Shown in pieces: positions 1 to 13,160 of a DNA stretch of 64,000 bases (within the stretch, counting starts at the first letter, position 1; each line of letters opens with the position of its first letter). This DNA is from Octopus vulgaris (Eukaryota): positions 40,052,001 to 40,116,000 of the forward strand of contig OX597838.1 of the NCBI GenBank assembly GCA_951406725.2. The letters run 5' to 3'. A program made the translations under genes and the position numbers. The notes beneath the pieces were generated by a model that was given only the letters and a program-made list of their open reading frames with translations, was not told the origin of the DNA and did not search any database.

Positions 1-554
1 TAGTGTTTAATCCTGCCTACAAATTGATTGATTGAATGAATGTGGCCACTTTTATATTATACTATGGAAGACGGTAGGGATTGTTATTTTCCGATGGCTT
101 AATGGATTGGTCGCTGTTTAGTTACGTATTTAGGATTTTGTTGTAATTTGATTTGATTTATTTAGTGATACGGTAGTTCATAGGGAAAATGTGTTTGAAA
201 GTTGTTGTTTCTTTGGTTTGTAAAGTTTCCAAACAACACTCATTTTAGTGTTGTTGACACCAGCGGATTCAATGTTGCTGCCCAGGTGTCGAAACCATAA
301 TGATATCTGTGGAGCAGCTGAGGATGGAGGTACGTTGTTGGTATGGCTGTTTTTGTATTTGGGGAGTAGTATAATAACACATCCTTTTGATATATACGTG
401 TATATATATATATATATATGTGTGTGTGTGCGTGTATGTGTGTGTAATTATATGTATATATATACACACACATATATATGTGTTTGTATGCATATGTATG
501 TATGTATGAATGTATGTGTATATATGTATATATGTGTGTGTGTGTATGTGCATC

Positions 555-688
555 AAGTAATTGTATAGTGTCAACTTAATGTGACAGTCCCATGAAGGGA
601 ATAATACTACTGCTTTCTAGGGCTAAATAGCAGTAGTATTATTCCCTTCATGGGACTGTTACATTAAGTTGACAGTATACAATTACTT
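555..688. repeat. Near-perfect inverted repeat (60-bp arms, 14-nt loop)
   Basis: aagtaattgtatagtgtcaacttaatgtgacagtcccatgaagggaataatactactgct (555-614) is the reverse complement of 629-688 with about 2 mismatches. Confidence 0.9.
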
Positions 689-769
689 TATCGTATCACT
701 ACCACATAAATCTCTCTGAGAGATTTAGAAATGTATTATATAATGGATTCTCCCGTCAAAGTCAACGTA

Positions 770-1000
770 TGAGCATTCAACTTTTGCCGAGCGACCTGCA
801 ACGGCAATTTGTTTATAGCGATCAAATGTTCGTACTGCATGTTAGATCACTCTGTCCATAAAATTGACGTTGCATGAAGAGGTGTACGGTGTACCATTTG
901 TCAGGTATCGAAGTGATCGCAGAGCAACGTGAGATGAAGTGATTCTAGGAATTAAAATCACGATTTAGCGATTGTGAGTACAGCAATCTAACCACTAAGT
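770..1000 (-). mobile_element. Degenerate tRNA-headed SINE fragment
   Basis: Minus strand starts cttagtggttag (A-box-like), followed by a decayed B-box, resembling the SINE-B head. Confidence 0.4.
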
Positions 1001-1012
1001 TAGGATGGTGTA

Positions 1013-1104
<92 letters not shown>

Positions 1105-1230
1105 TTATATATATATATATATACATATATTTATACATATATATATATATACATATATTTATACATATATATATATATATATATATACATATATTTATAC
1201 ATATATATATATATATATATACATATATTT

Positions 1231-1302
<72 letters not shown>

Positions 1303-1969
1303 ATGAACAAGACGAGAACAAAAGGAAAAACAAAATAGAAAAACAAAAACATAGAAAACGAAATTTCGGTTTCCATGTTCTCATTTTTCATTTTGTCCAC
1401 GTTTTTTGACGTCTTGTATGCATTTATATATACATATATATGTAAGTATGTACATATATGTATGTATATATGCATTTATATATATATATATATATATACT
1501 ATTTATATTATTTTATGATCGTACGCCACGCCGCGTCCATTTCCAAGTAAGTTTTATCTTAATTCCGATGCGCACCCTACAACTATCTCTATTCTCCCTT
1601 TATTCCACTATTATTATTCTTTCTGTTTTTCTTCTCCTCTCCCTTCACCGTTCTCTTTCTCTCCCTCTCTCTCCCTCACTCTTCCTCCTTGACTCTCTTG
1701 TTGTTCACAAGTGACGAGGCTATCGTTCTTTCTTCCTCTTACTTTACAAGAGACAAGACCTACTTTTGCCTGTCTCCTGTCAGAGCTTCTTTCTCCAGCG
1801 TCCACCACTTTACCTTGTTAAATTAAATCGAAAAGATAAGTTATATTTTTAATTTAAGAAATATTGTTAAATGCTTTTCGATTATTTATAGCTAATACAC
1901 GTATTTTTTATATATTTATTTGATAATCAGTATAAGTTAAGATAAGTACAATTATTCTATTATTATTTT

Positions 1970-2088
1970 AGACCTGATGTGTGACTATATTTTTTAATAG
2001 AATTGATTTTAGTTCGATTTAATTTGAATCGAATTGATTTTATTATTATTATCTATTTGAAAATATAGCCATGAAACGTGCGTAGTCT
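1970..2088 (+). ncRNA. Minimal type-I hammerhead ribozyme fold with long stem II (A9U variant)
   Basis: agac CTGATGT gtgactatatttt ... aaaatatagccat GAAA cgtgcg TA gtct. The downstream AT-rich tail resembles those after the HHRs at 18139 and 20001. Confidence 0.6.
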
Positions 2089-2304
2089 TTTTACTACTAT
2101 TTTCTATTTATTGTACTTTATTGATTTAAGATAAGGTTTTTTATAGTATATGTTTCTATATGGTGTGAATAACATTTTTCTTTATTGAATTGTTTAATAG
2201 TAGTTTTTCTCTAAATTATATACATATATTTTATATTGTGAAATTTGATTTAAAATTGTTAAATTGAATTTTTCCCTGTAAGTTTTGAAATTATATTCCC
2301 TATT

Positions 2305-2354
<50 letters not shown>

Positions 2355-2447
2355 CAAATAAGTTATTATTTATAAAAAATAATGATGAAGTGGCCAGCCA
2401 AATAATCCAAATAAGTAAAATAGCTAATAAAAAGTCAGAGTACTTTA

Positions 2448-2851
2448 TATGTACCTGTTTGCTTAAAAGAGAAGTTAAAACTCTCCAAAATCATGCATCT
2501 CTCACTGTATGTAGACACGCACGGAAAATATAGCAAATATATTTCTCCGAAATAGTCCTCCCACTTGTAAAATACATTTAGTAAAACAAATAAGTTCATA
2601 GCCATCCTAGTATCAATTGATTCCGCTTTCTGTGTCGAACCAACACTTACAATTCATTAGCTAGATTTACTACATAGACTATTTCAAAAAACATATTTAC
2701 CTCTCCGTGCACGTTGTTCAACTCAAGGCCGTGTGACTTCCAAACGAACGTTAGTGAGTAAGTATTCATATTCTTCTTGCGTGTTTGCATATAGTGAGAG
2801 ATGCGTGTTTTTGGAGTCTTTTTACTCCTCCTTCAAGTAAGCAGGTACATA
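2448..2851. mobile_element. MITE with ~75-bp imperfect terminal inverted repeats
   Basis: tatgtacctgtttgcttaaaagag...ctcactgtatgtagacacgc matches the reverse complement of ~2779-2851; no coding capacity. Confidence 0.65.
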
Positions 2852-2869
2852 TTGTATCCTGACATTTTA

Positions 2870-2954
<85 letters not shown>

Positions 2955-3184
2955 TTATGAGAGGCAATGGTGTCAGTGAGACCCAAAGGTGTCAGGTAAT
3001 GCTGAAAAGTGTTATGGATAGACCATGGTTAAGCTCCAGGTTCGGTGATTATGCGAATAAGGGGTCTAACGTTGGTCATATATCAACATGTGTAAATAAA
3101 AAAATTTCTTTTCGTAATGAAACAAAAAACTCAAGGCTGTGTAAATTTATCTAAATTAACTATTGCTTAACCATCCTCTCACAC

Positions 3185-3234
3185 CGTCGCCGATGAAGGG
3201 ATATAATAAATATCCTGGAATCAGCTGTAAGACG
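3185..3234 (+). ncRNA. Degenerate minimal hammerhead fold (PLE terminus remnant)
   Basis: cgtcg CCGATGA a gggatat aataa atatcct g GAAT cagctg TA agacg; palindromic stem III, several core substitutions. Confidence 0.45.
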
Positions 3235-3242
3235 TAAGACCT

Positions 3243-3530
3243 TATTTATTTTATTTTATATTTATATTTTATCTAGTTTCAGCTCATGAGTTGTGGCCAT
3301 GCTGGGGCACCGTCATTTGGTGTTGCTATATGATTTTACTTCACGAATACTTTTTAGCAATTGCCATTTGGTGCATGAGAGAGTTCGATGCAGCTGCCCT
3401 CATCTGCACCTCCTGCTGTGAAGTTGGTTCATCTGGGACACCTGACAGGAAGAGATCCAGTTTTATTTTAAAGACATCTGCATCCACCCCATGCAGGTTT
3501 CTCAGTTCCTTCGGGAGGATATTGAAGACC
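3243..3530 (-). mobile_element. 5'-truncated 3' end of CR1/L2-like LINE (same family as 20543-21657)
   Basis: Reverse complement matches 21370-21630, including ggtgccccagcatggccacaactcatgagctgaaactag, with an (ATAAA)n tail. Confidence 0.85.
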
Positions 3531-3628
3531 TGTGGGTTTCTTTCTATAAATTTTCTAAAATCTACACAGCCTTGGTTTTTTTTATCGTATTGCGAAAAGA
3601 TTTATATATATATATACATATATATATC

Positions 3629-3739
3629 AGGCGTGGCTGTGTGGTAAAAACCTTACTTCCCAATGACGTGTGGTTTCCGGATTCAGTCAAGTGTCTTCTA
3701 TTGTAACCTCGAACCGACCAAAGCTTTGTGAACGGATTT

Positions 3740-3783
<44 letters not shown>

Positions 3784-3925
3784 CATACATACATATAGTT
3801 GTGTGTGTATGTTTGTCCCACCACCATCACTTGACAACCGCCGCTCTTTGTGTGTTTATGTCCCCGTACGCTAGCGGTTCGGCAAAAGCGACCGATATAA
3901 TAAGTACTAGGCTGAAAGAAATAAA
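3629..3925 (+). mobile_element. SINE-A (tRNA head, CORE-like) diverged copy
   Basis: ggctgtgtggtaa A box, ggattcagtc B box, body similar to the 7931-8350 copy. Confidence 0.75.
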
Positions 3926-4376
3926 ATATACAAAGAATATATATATATATAAATATTACAAAGATCTACAGGTGTCAATTTATTACGGCCGTTTCATGCG
4001 GCTCCATTTGATTGATTAATGAAAATTTTATATCAATTTGAAAACGACCGTCTCTTCAAATGACCGTTTAGACTCCAAACATAAAGGATAAACAAGTTTT
4101 TAAACAAATTTACATCAAAAGTGGAAAACAAAATATTTTCATTGTTTCCTTTTTTTATGTCTGCGGCAGAATGAGTTTGGAAAATTATGCATACCTTGTT
4201 AAGCCTACTATAATTTAGAGAGTAGCAGAAGAGTGGTGACGTAGTTACTTATATTTAGAAGACTTTATGTAGCTCTTAGTCTTCAACTATTTAAAATTAG
4301 ATCCATTGGGATTTGTTAGTTGTGGAACTATATATCTATCTTTCTCTACATAAAAAGGTGGGTTGCAGGGTTGTAG

Positions 4377-4751
4377 TTCCGTCGGTTACGACGATGAGGG
4401 TTCCGGTTGATCCGAATCAACGGAACAGCCTGCTCGTGAAATTAACGTGTAAGTGGCTGAGCACTCCACAGACACGTGTACCCTTAACGTAGTTCTGGGG
4501 GATATTCAGCGTGACACAGAGAGTGACAAGGCCGGCCCTTTGAAATACAGGTACAACAGAAACAGGAAGTAAGAGTGAGAGAAAGTTGTGGTGAAAGAGT
4601 ACAGCAGGGATCACCACCATCCCCTGCCAGAGCCTCGTGGAGCTTTAGGTGTTTTCGCTCAATAAACACACACAACGCCCGGTCTGGGAATCGAAACCGC
4701 GATCCTATAACCGCGAGTCCGCTGCCCTAACCACTGGGCCATTGCGCCTCC
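4377..4751 (-). mobile_element. SINE-B (tRNA-derived head), tail type 1
   Basis: ggaggcgcaatggcccagtggttag A box and ggtttcgattccc B box; head shared with 5782-5961. Confidence 0.85.
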
Positions 4752-5027
4752 CCAGGGTTGTGATGAGAGAATGTGTAGTGGGGAAGGGGCAGTAAATGGA
4801 AGAAAAAGGGATAGGGATGGTCAGTACATATTTAGATTATCAAATATAGGGGAATATAATGAAAAACCAAAAGAGAGTAGTAATATAGACTTTAGGGGTG
4901 GAAATTAGAATTTAAGGCTACGGGAGGTAGTAATTTATAACTTAGCAAATTTATAATATTAAACTGATCGATATATCGATCAAGGATAGAAATTAAACTT
5001 AAAACCTAATAAAAGGATACTTTAATA

Positions 5028-5436
5028 CTCTTTTTTACTCTTTTACTTGTTTCAGTCATTTGACTGCGGCCATGCTGGAGCACCACCTTTTAATCGAACA
5101 AATCGACCCCGGGACTTATTCTTTTGTAAGCCCAGTACTTATTTTATCGGTCTCTTTTGCCGAACCGCTAAGTGACGGGGACATAAACACACCAGCATCG
5201 GTTGTCAAGCAATGCTTAGGGGGACAAACACAGACACAAACACACGGACGCATATATATATGTACATATATACGATGGTCTTCTTTCAGTTTCCGTCTAC
5301 CAAATCCACTCACAAGGCTTTGGTCGGCCCGGGGCTATAGCAGAAGACACTTTCCCAAGGTGCCACGCAGTGGGACTGAACCCGGAACCATGTGGTTGGT
5401 AAACAAGCTACTTACCACACAGCCACTCCTGCGCCT
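5028..5436 (-). mobile_element. SINE-A copy
   Basis: aggcgcaggagtggctgtgtggtaag...ggttcagtccc...ccttgggaaagtg; ends ggtgctccagcatggccgcagtcaaatgactgaaacaagtaaaagag. Confidence 0.9.
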
Positions 5437-5652
5437 AATATATAAGAAAATATATTAAGACTTTTCCTAAGTAAATTGTTTAGAAGGTCATGATCAAAGC
5501 ATTCTATAATGAATATTCAACGGAATTTAAATTATCATTTAAGTAGAACATAGTATATTTTAAAGCAATAAAAAGAACTATTCTCTTCATTGCGGGTGAA
5601 TAAGTATAAGATATCGTAAAATATGGTATCAAATATAAGGAGTAATTGAATT

Positions 5653-5961
5653 ATCACGTGATCACGTGACCGACAAGACCATCAGACGTTGTTACACATC
5701 GCTGGTCACAATGCGCTTCGCATTGTTTTAGCCTTCGAATGACGCCACCCCGCTGGCTAAGCGAGCAGGCCAACAGAAGAAAGAGTGAGAGAAAGTTGTG
5801 GCGAAAGAGTACAGCAGGGATCACCACCCCCTACCGGAGCCTCGTGGAGCTTTTTTAGGTGTTTTCGCTCAATAAACACTCACAACACCCGGTCTGGGAA
5901 TCGAAACCGCGATCCTACGACCGCGAGTCCGCTACCCTAACCACTGAGCCATTGCGCCTCC
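5653..5961 (-). mobile_element. SINE-B, tail type 2 ending in (CACGTGAT)n
   Basis: Same tRNA head as 4377-4751 but a different 3' half; the same tail recurs at 46038-46152. Confidence 0.85.
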
Positions 5962-6534
5962 ACTTTGAATTGAATTATAGGTATACTAAATGTATAAGGG
6001 AGTATATTCGGAAGCAATACCTAAACCGATTTGGGCATGGTTTCCATTATTGATGTAAATTTATTTTAAAATGTTTTATCCTTTATGTTTGAAGTCTATG
6101 CAGTCACCTGACGAGAACGGTTTCGTTCAAATTGATGTAATGTTTTCATTAATCAATTAAATGGAACCGCTTGAAATGACCGTAATGAACTGATACCTGT
6201 ACATCTTTGTAACTTAATTTCATTGTGTTTACCTAACTTGGAATCTGCATTTCGGAAATACTACAGAAAGTACATTTATAAAAAGTACATGTCGAAATTA
6301 CCATGAGCGCATATCTTTATTTAGTTAGGTTGCATTGTCTGCACACACGAAAGGAATATTGGGGTACAAACACTCCTACACGGGGGGTTTAATATTCAGT
6401 ATTCAAATAATATTGTTCGGGTGCGCAGATTGTACCAAAGTGGCAAAGTGCTTCAGTTTAAGTACCTAATTCAACTGAATCTTAATTATATATGTGTGTG
6501 TGTGAATGTGTGTGTATATATATATATATGTAAG

Positions 6535-6580
<46 letters not shown>

Positions 6581-6583
<3 letters not shown>

Positions 6584-7496
6584 GTGGTATCAAAAAGTTC
6601 CCATACTAATTCTGTAGCACACCAACAGATGGCACCACACGGTTGCGCGCGCAGTGAGAGCTAGCAGTGACGTCATGAGGCAGTGTACCGAATGATATTG
6701 CTGTGCTTCCTTCACAAGTTGTGAAATTTGTTTTGTTGTGATCACGTGTATGCTGCAGTCTGTGATTTTGTCATGGATATGAACAAAGAGCCAATATGAA
6801 ATTTTGTATTAAACTTGGAAAGGCTGCTACAGAGACATCGAACATGCGTCGGCAGGCTTACGGTGACGAAGCAGTTGGCGGTACGCAATGTGTTGAGAGG
6901 TGCGGACACTTCAAAAGCAGAAGAATATCCTTGGAAGACGGCGAGCTATCTGGAAGACCTGCCACAAGTGTCACGCCCGGGATTGTACCATTGTGCATTG
7001 AAAATTCGTCCTCCTGGGCCAGGCTGCCAATCGAGTGTTCTACAGCGACGTTTTCAAACGTTTGAGGGAAGACATTCTGCGAAAGTGACCGGATTTGTGG
7101 AGCACGACGTATTGGATTCTACACGACGACAATGCACCCTCTCACCAAGTCCTCCTCACTTGCGAGTTTCTCAGCAAAAACCTGGCATCGCTTCAGCATC
7201 CGTCTTATTCACCAGATTTAGTACATGTGGACTTCCATTTATTCTTCAAGATGAAGTTTCAGCTCAAAGGTCGCCGTTTTAACACCGTCGTCGAGATCAT
7301 GAGCGAATCGCTGAAGGTCCTCGACTCGTTTACGGAAAACGATTTCCAGACCAGATTCCAAAAGTAGCAGAGACTCTGAGACCTGTGTATTGCTGCACAA
7401 GGTAAGTATTTCGAATGAGATGATCATAAAACTTAGGCAAAGAAGTTATTTTTTAAATAAAAATAACTAGTCCGGGAAACTTTTGATACCACGTCG
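6581..7496 (+). mobile_element. Internally deleted mariner DNA transposon
   Basis: TIRs (gtggtatcaaaaagttccc / gggaaacttttgataccac) with TA flanks; transposase fragments EQRANMKFCIKLGK..., WILHDDNAPSH, HPSYSPDLVHVDFHLF. Confidence 0.9.
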
Positions 7497-7639
7497 TACA
7501 TATATATGAAAGATGGTGTAAGGTCTAGCACCCATCTTCGGGATTTGAACCTATACCAACCACCGAATTGAATGTCACTGCATAGTGTCCTCTCCAACAA
7601 AAGTAAAGACCTACTATTGTAGCAGCTACCGTTTCAAGG

Positions 7640-7930
7640 CGCAATAATTTTTCAACACTACGCCAAACAACCTTAAAGATCTGCAGTATAGATGTGAATG
7701 TTTTCAAAGAACATTTAAACATTTTTTTTTATCTGAGGTACTAGATGCGCCTACTTCGCAGCAGGAAACGCAAGAAAGAATAGTTCTATGCAACACGCTA
7801 CTTCACCAGAAACAATTCCGGAGAGAAATCCGGGGAGGTAGGTGTGAAATAAAAGCCAGTCACACTAAAGGTAGTCCAGCATGGCCACAGCCTCGGGCTG
7901 AAACGAATAAAACAAAAAAAGTAAAAGTAA
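7640..7930 (+). mobile_element. Old CR1/L2-like LINE 3' end
   Basis: Decayed match to the 3' ends of 20543-21657 and 31255-35093; ends ccagcatggccacagcctcgggctgaaac. Confidence 0.65.
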
Positions 7931-8350
7931 AGGCGCAGGAGTGGCTGTGTGGTAAGTAGCTTGCTTACCAGCCACATGGTTCCGGGTTCAGTCCCACTGC
8001 GTGGCACCTTGGGCAAGTGTCTTCTACTATAGCCTCGGGCCGACCAATGCCTTGTGAGTGGATTTGGTAGACGGAAACTGAAAGAAGCCCGTCGTATATA
8101 TGTATATATATATGTGTGTGTGTGCGTATATGTTTGTGTGTCTGCGTTTGTCCCCCTAGCATTGCTTGACAACCGATGCTGGTGTGTTTATGTCCCTGTC
8201 ACTTAGCGGTTCGGCAAAAGAGACCGATAGAATAAGTACTGGGCTTACGAAAAGAATAAGTCCCGGGGTCGAGTTGCTGGATTAAAGGTGGTGCCCCAGC
8301 ATGGCCGCAGTCAAATGACTAAAACAAGTAAAAGAGTAAAAAAGAGTAAA
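7931..8350 (+). mobile_element. SINE-A full-length copy
   Basis: A/B boxes, ccttgggcaag CORE-like motif, LINE-like tail ending (GTAAAAGA)n. Confidence 0.9.
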
Positions 8351-8677
8351 ATAAGCTAAACTGGAAAAAAATATGCAATTATAACAAAAGTAATTAAACC
8401 ACGCAATTAGTAGATAACCTTTTAAACTTCTCTTTCACTTTCTCTCGCTTCCTCTCTATGTCTCTTAATCTCTCTTTCATTTCATTTCTCTCTTTCTCAC
8501 TCTCTTTCTCTTTCTTTCTTTCTTTCTTCCTTCCTTTCTTTCTTTCTCTCTATTTCTCTCTCTCTCTCTCTCTCTTTCTCTCAACAATAGCAAAAGAACT
8601 TGATCGTTATCTCATCCATTCCTTTCTCCGACCTCTTTCCCTTTCCCCCCCTTTTCCCTCACTCCCTACCACACGTT

Positions 8678-8709
<32 letters not shown>

Positions 8710-9013
8710 ACTTGCCCCTGCGTGCCCTCTCCTTTCTCTCACTCTCTTTCTCTACTTTTCTCTGCTCAATCACTTTTTCATTTTATCTCTCTCTCTCCTT
8801 CTTTCTTTCTCTCTCTCTCTCTTTCTCCCCCCTCTCTCTCAACAATAGCAAAAAAACTTGGCCGTTAACTCATCCCTTCTTTTCTTCCACCGCTCTCCTT
8901 CTCTTTTTCTCTCCTTCCCCGCCTCCGCACTCCCTCTCACGCTCTTTCTCTCTATTTCCTTCCCTTAATCCTCGGTCTAGTTCTCGTTTTTCCCAATCAG
9001 GTATCTCACTTAC

Positions 9014-9174
9014 CTCCATAGATAAGTGTGACTTGAATCCCTCAGATCTTTTGCAATATATGAGACTGGCGCCTAAACTGAAACCCGTCGGGCCACAAGG
9101 GAATCTTTCCTCCAAACAGTTGTAAAAGTTGCAATCGAGTTTCTCGATGTAGTTCAGACATTTTCCGGAAATAG
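9014..9174 (-). CDS. Internal coding exon of a host gene, Cys-rich stanniocalcin-like domain
   Basis: Acceptor ttttttttttttccag| and donor GAG|gtaagt; 161 nt (phase 1 to 0) encoding ISGKCLNYIEKLDCNFYNCLEERFPCGPTGFSLGASLIYCKRSEGFKSHLSME; the C-x2-Y-x-CLE-x3-PCG-x2-G...YC spacing resembles invertebrate stanniocalcin-family proteins. Confidence 0.75.
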
Positions 9175-9483
9175 CTGGAAAAAAAAAAAAGTTTAAACCC
9201 GGAAAAGGTGAATAAATTGTTGTTGTTGTTATTGTGGTAGTTACTGTGTTAGCTATTGAACTTTTTGATGTTGTTGCTATAACTGTCGTTGTTGCTGTAG
9301 TTCTTAGTGTTCGTGACTTTTTTTTACTGCAAATCAATTCTGATTAAACATTTATGTAAAAGGCATTTCAAATATGATCACCTTGTTTATTTAAGAATAT
9401 CTAGGTTTGTGCTACTCAGTGTATCATTTCGTGGACAATGAAGTGTATTTTGAAAAGGATTGTGTACGTCATAAAGATATATA

Positions 9484-10630
9484 CAGGGGTTGGACAAAAT
9501 AATGGAAATAATTTTGAAGTATCTATAAAACCGTCAAAAGCTTGTTTATTTTTATGTTTTTTAATTTATTGTTTGTGTTGCTTAATGTTTTGCTAAAATC
9601 GCTGTTTCTTTTCAAATATCATCAGAAAAAGGTAATTAAAATTGAATAAAATGACAGATCTATCGGACTTTCGAAGAGGTCAAATTCTTGGTACTCGTAT
9701 GGCAGGCGCTAGTGTAACGAAAATAGTCGAAATGTTTGTGTGTATTAAGAAGTACTGTCACGAAAGTAACGACAGCCTTTGAAAAAGAGGGAAAAAACCT
9801 CCTCCTCGAAATAAAACTCTGGAAGAAAACCAAAACTTTTAGATAGGGAACGTCGGGCTCTTACGCGAATTGTTAGGAAGGATCACAAAAGTACAGCTCC
9901 CAAAATTACTGCCACTTTCAAAAACAAACGTTGTAAAGCGTTTAGAGTGGACTAAAGACCTACAGAATTGGTCCATAGAGCAGTGGAACAATGTTATTTT
10001 CTCGGACGACTCATCCTTTACCTTTTTCCCGACAACTGGCCGAGTATACGTGTGGAGACAGCCAAAAGAGGCACTTAACCCAGACTGCCTTCTTCCAACT
10101 GTTAAACATGGAGGAGGATCTGTGATGATCTTGTGAGTTATATCTTGGAAATCCGCCCGTCCAATGGTTTACCGTTATGGCAGAATTAATAGTCTTTTTA
10201 AACATTTTGTCTGATCAAATTCATCCTATGGTTGCGGAACTTTTTCGGGAGGGAAACGCAATCTTTCAGGATGATAATGCACCAATTTACACAGCTAAAG
10301 TTGTTACTGAATGGCACGAGGAACATTCTAGTGAAATTGAACATCTTATCTTGCCACCACAGTCCCCAGATCTTCCCAATATTATTGAACATTTATGGTG
10401 CATTTAAAAAAAACAAGTAAGGAGTCGGTATACTCCACCACCATCACTACAAGAATTGGAGACTGTTTTAGCTGGAAAATGGACGAAATTCCTTTGGAAA
10501 CAATTCAAACTTTGTACTAGTCCATACCTCTTAGAATTCAAGCTGTAATTACTGCCAAAGGTGGTCCTATCCCATATTAAAATAAATCTGTTTGAAATTT
10601 TAAAGTGTTTCCATTATTTTGTCCAACCCG
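9484..10630 (+). mobile_element. Tc1-family DNA transposon, near full length, decayed transposase (~9651-10580)
   Basis: TIRs gggttggacaaaataatggaaa / tttccattattttgtccaaccc flanked by TA; MTDLSDFRRGQI..., VIFSDDS, FQDDNAP, SPDLPNIIEHLW (DDE motifs) with frameshifts and stops. Confidence 0.95.
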
Positions 10631-10975
<345 letters not shown>

Positions 10976-11097
10976 ATATATTGCCATTCTCTCTCGATTT
11001 TTTCCTCTTATTCCTTTCTGTCGAAACGAGCGTTAAACTGATACATCTGCTCGTTGTTCCTACATCTGATTTCGTCATTTGTTTTTCTATAAATTTC

Positions 11098-11145
<48 letters not shown>

Positions 11146-11559
11146 GTCCACACACCACATACACACACACACGTACACGCACAAACAGGCGCACGCACAC
11201 ACACAAACATTATTATATTTCTGCTGAAGCAGAACATGAGGAAGCAGGTGAATGGAAGAGGCGCTGAAGAGATCACAGATGTATGACGAAAGATTTTCAG
11301 ACAATGGCCATAAGACAAATTATGAACAATAACAAACGAGGGAAGAACGAATATATTGTACTTGTACTCATTAGGGAAGGAAAAAAATGACCCTCCCAAA
11401 ACCGAAGTCTAGCAATATCTGTTTCAACACACGATTTCACATCAGGGATCTCGCAAAAGAAATTCATAAACGTGTGTGTGTGTGTCTCTGTGTGTGTGCG
11501 CGCGCGTGTATGTGTGTCTATGTATGTATGTCAGGTCACTTATGAGGCTCTCATAAGTG

Positions 11560-11935
11560 CTGCTGGTAACTCATAAGTATGGTTCTCAGCTGGGTATAAA
11601 AAATAGTTTTATCTTCTTAGTCAAAGTAGGTGCATAGACACTTATTAGAGTAGCAAACCGCCCACATTTCAGATGCAATCGTAGAGTCATTAGACGTTCA
11701 TTTATAGGAACAGGAAGCTCCTCCAACTTCTTAAGGATATCAGATCGAACTGCAAAGGCAACACCAGCTTCTCTGCGCTCCCACTTCTGCCCCCACTTCC
11801 AAAAAATGGCGTATCCACCTCCTACCTCCTAGAGCTGTCCATCACCTTCCAAACGAGTCTCTGAAAGTGCAGCTGTATCAATATTATAACGGTTCACCTC
11901 GCGAGCAACAAGTGCAGTGCGTGTTTCAGTAGTGG
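11560..11935 (-). pseudogene. RTE-clade LINE AP-endonuclease N-terminal fragment
   Basis: RTALVAREVNRYNIDTAALSETRLEGDGQL..., GVAFAVR, ATLISVYAPTL typical of RTE/BovB APE. Confidence 0.8.
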
Positions 11936-11939
11936 ATGA

Positions 11940-13160
11940 AACAGTAATTGATACTATGCAACAAAGATCTATCATTGGCACCTTAAATTCCAAAACCCTC
12001 AATAGATGAAGTAATGACATCAATAAGTAAATTGAATCTTGGTAGGGCACCTGGAAATGATGTAATTTGAGCTGAAGTCTTGCGATTTGATGGTGATTAC
12101 ACCATACAGTCCCTTCATGAACTTATTAGTGCAGTCTGGAGGGATGATGCAATGCCTAAGGACTGGAAGGCTGCAATTATTCTTCCTGTCTATAAAGGAA
12201 AATGAGCCAGAACAATGTGTGGTAACTACAGAGATATTGCTCTACTATCAGCTGCTGGCAAGGTTCTGGCAAATATTCTTCTTACTCGCCTGAATGGGTG
12301 TCTCGTAAATGATGTTCCGCCTGAATCTCAATGTAGCTTCCGATATGGTAGAGGGACAATGGATGTGACTTTTACAGCAAAACAGATGCAAGAGAAGTGC
12401 TATGAGTAGAATATAGATCTTGTCTAGGTTTTCATTGATTTAACCAAGGCCTTCGATACTGTGAACAGGGCCTTTCTATGGAAAATACTTGGCAAACTTG
12501 GATGTTGGGATCACTTTGTATCTATAATTAAACAATTTCATGATAGGATGAAGGCTTGGGGAAAATGTTGGTGGTGGCATGGCGGGACCCATTCCCAAGG
12601 TGTCAAGCAGGGTGACGTCCTTGCCCCAACTCTCTTTTCTTTGTACTTTGCTTCTGCTTTTACTCATGCTTTTACTAAGATTGGCTCTCTGGGAATATGT
12701 TAGATATCGATCTTCTAGCCGCTTCTTTAATCTTGCTGCCAATTCAAAAGTTTTCCAGTCTCTCATCCGTGACCTCCTTTATGCAGATGACTGTGACTTA
12801 GTTACTCATGCAGTGGATGACATGCAAATACTTATGAATCATATTTCTACTTCTTGCAAAGCATTTGGGCTCAGTATTAGCATGGACAAGACTGTTGTAA
12901 TGTTCCAGCCTGCACCAGGAAATCCATATGTGGAACCAGCTATCTCGGCTGAAGGAACAATTCTGAAAGTGGTTGACAAGTTTGTCTATCTGGGCAGCAC
13001 ACTCAGCCGTTCTTGTTCCCTGGATGATGAAATATCTTTCAGGTTGCAGGAAGCAATTAATTCCTTCCAGTTTCTTCAGTCTCGTGTCTGATCTCAGCAT
13101 GGCATAACAAGGCAAACAAAGATTGCTGTGTACCGTGCACGTGTACTGACATCGCTCTTT
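11940..13160 (+). pseudogene. RTE-clade LINE reverse transcriptase fragment (decayed)
   Basis: CGNYRDIALLSAAGKVLA, PESQCSFR, DLTKAFDTVNR, GVKQGDVLAPTLF, LLYADDCDL, FVYLGSTLS. Confidence 0.9.

Noticed and set aside
4680-4751. tRNA genes at SINE heads
   Set aside because: A/B boxes are present but continue into SINE bodies with no complete cloverleaf
6108-6140. CTGACGA gaacg gttt cgttc aaa hammerhead-like motif
   Set aside because: Lacks G12 and stem I, and the homologous copy at ~4030-4070 does not keep the fold
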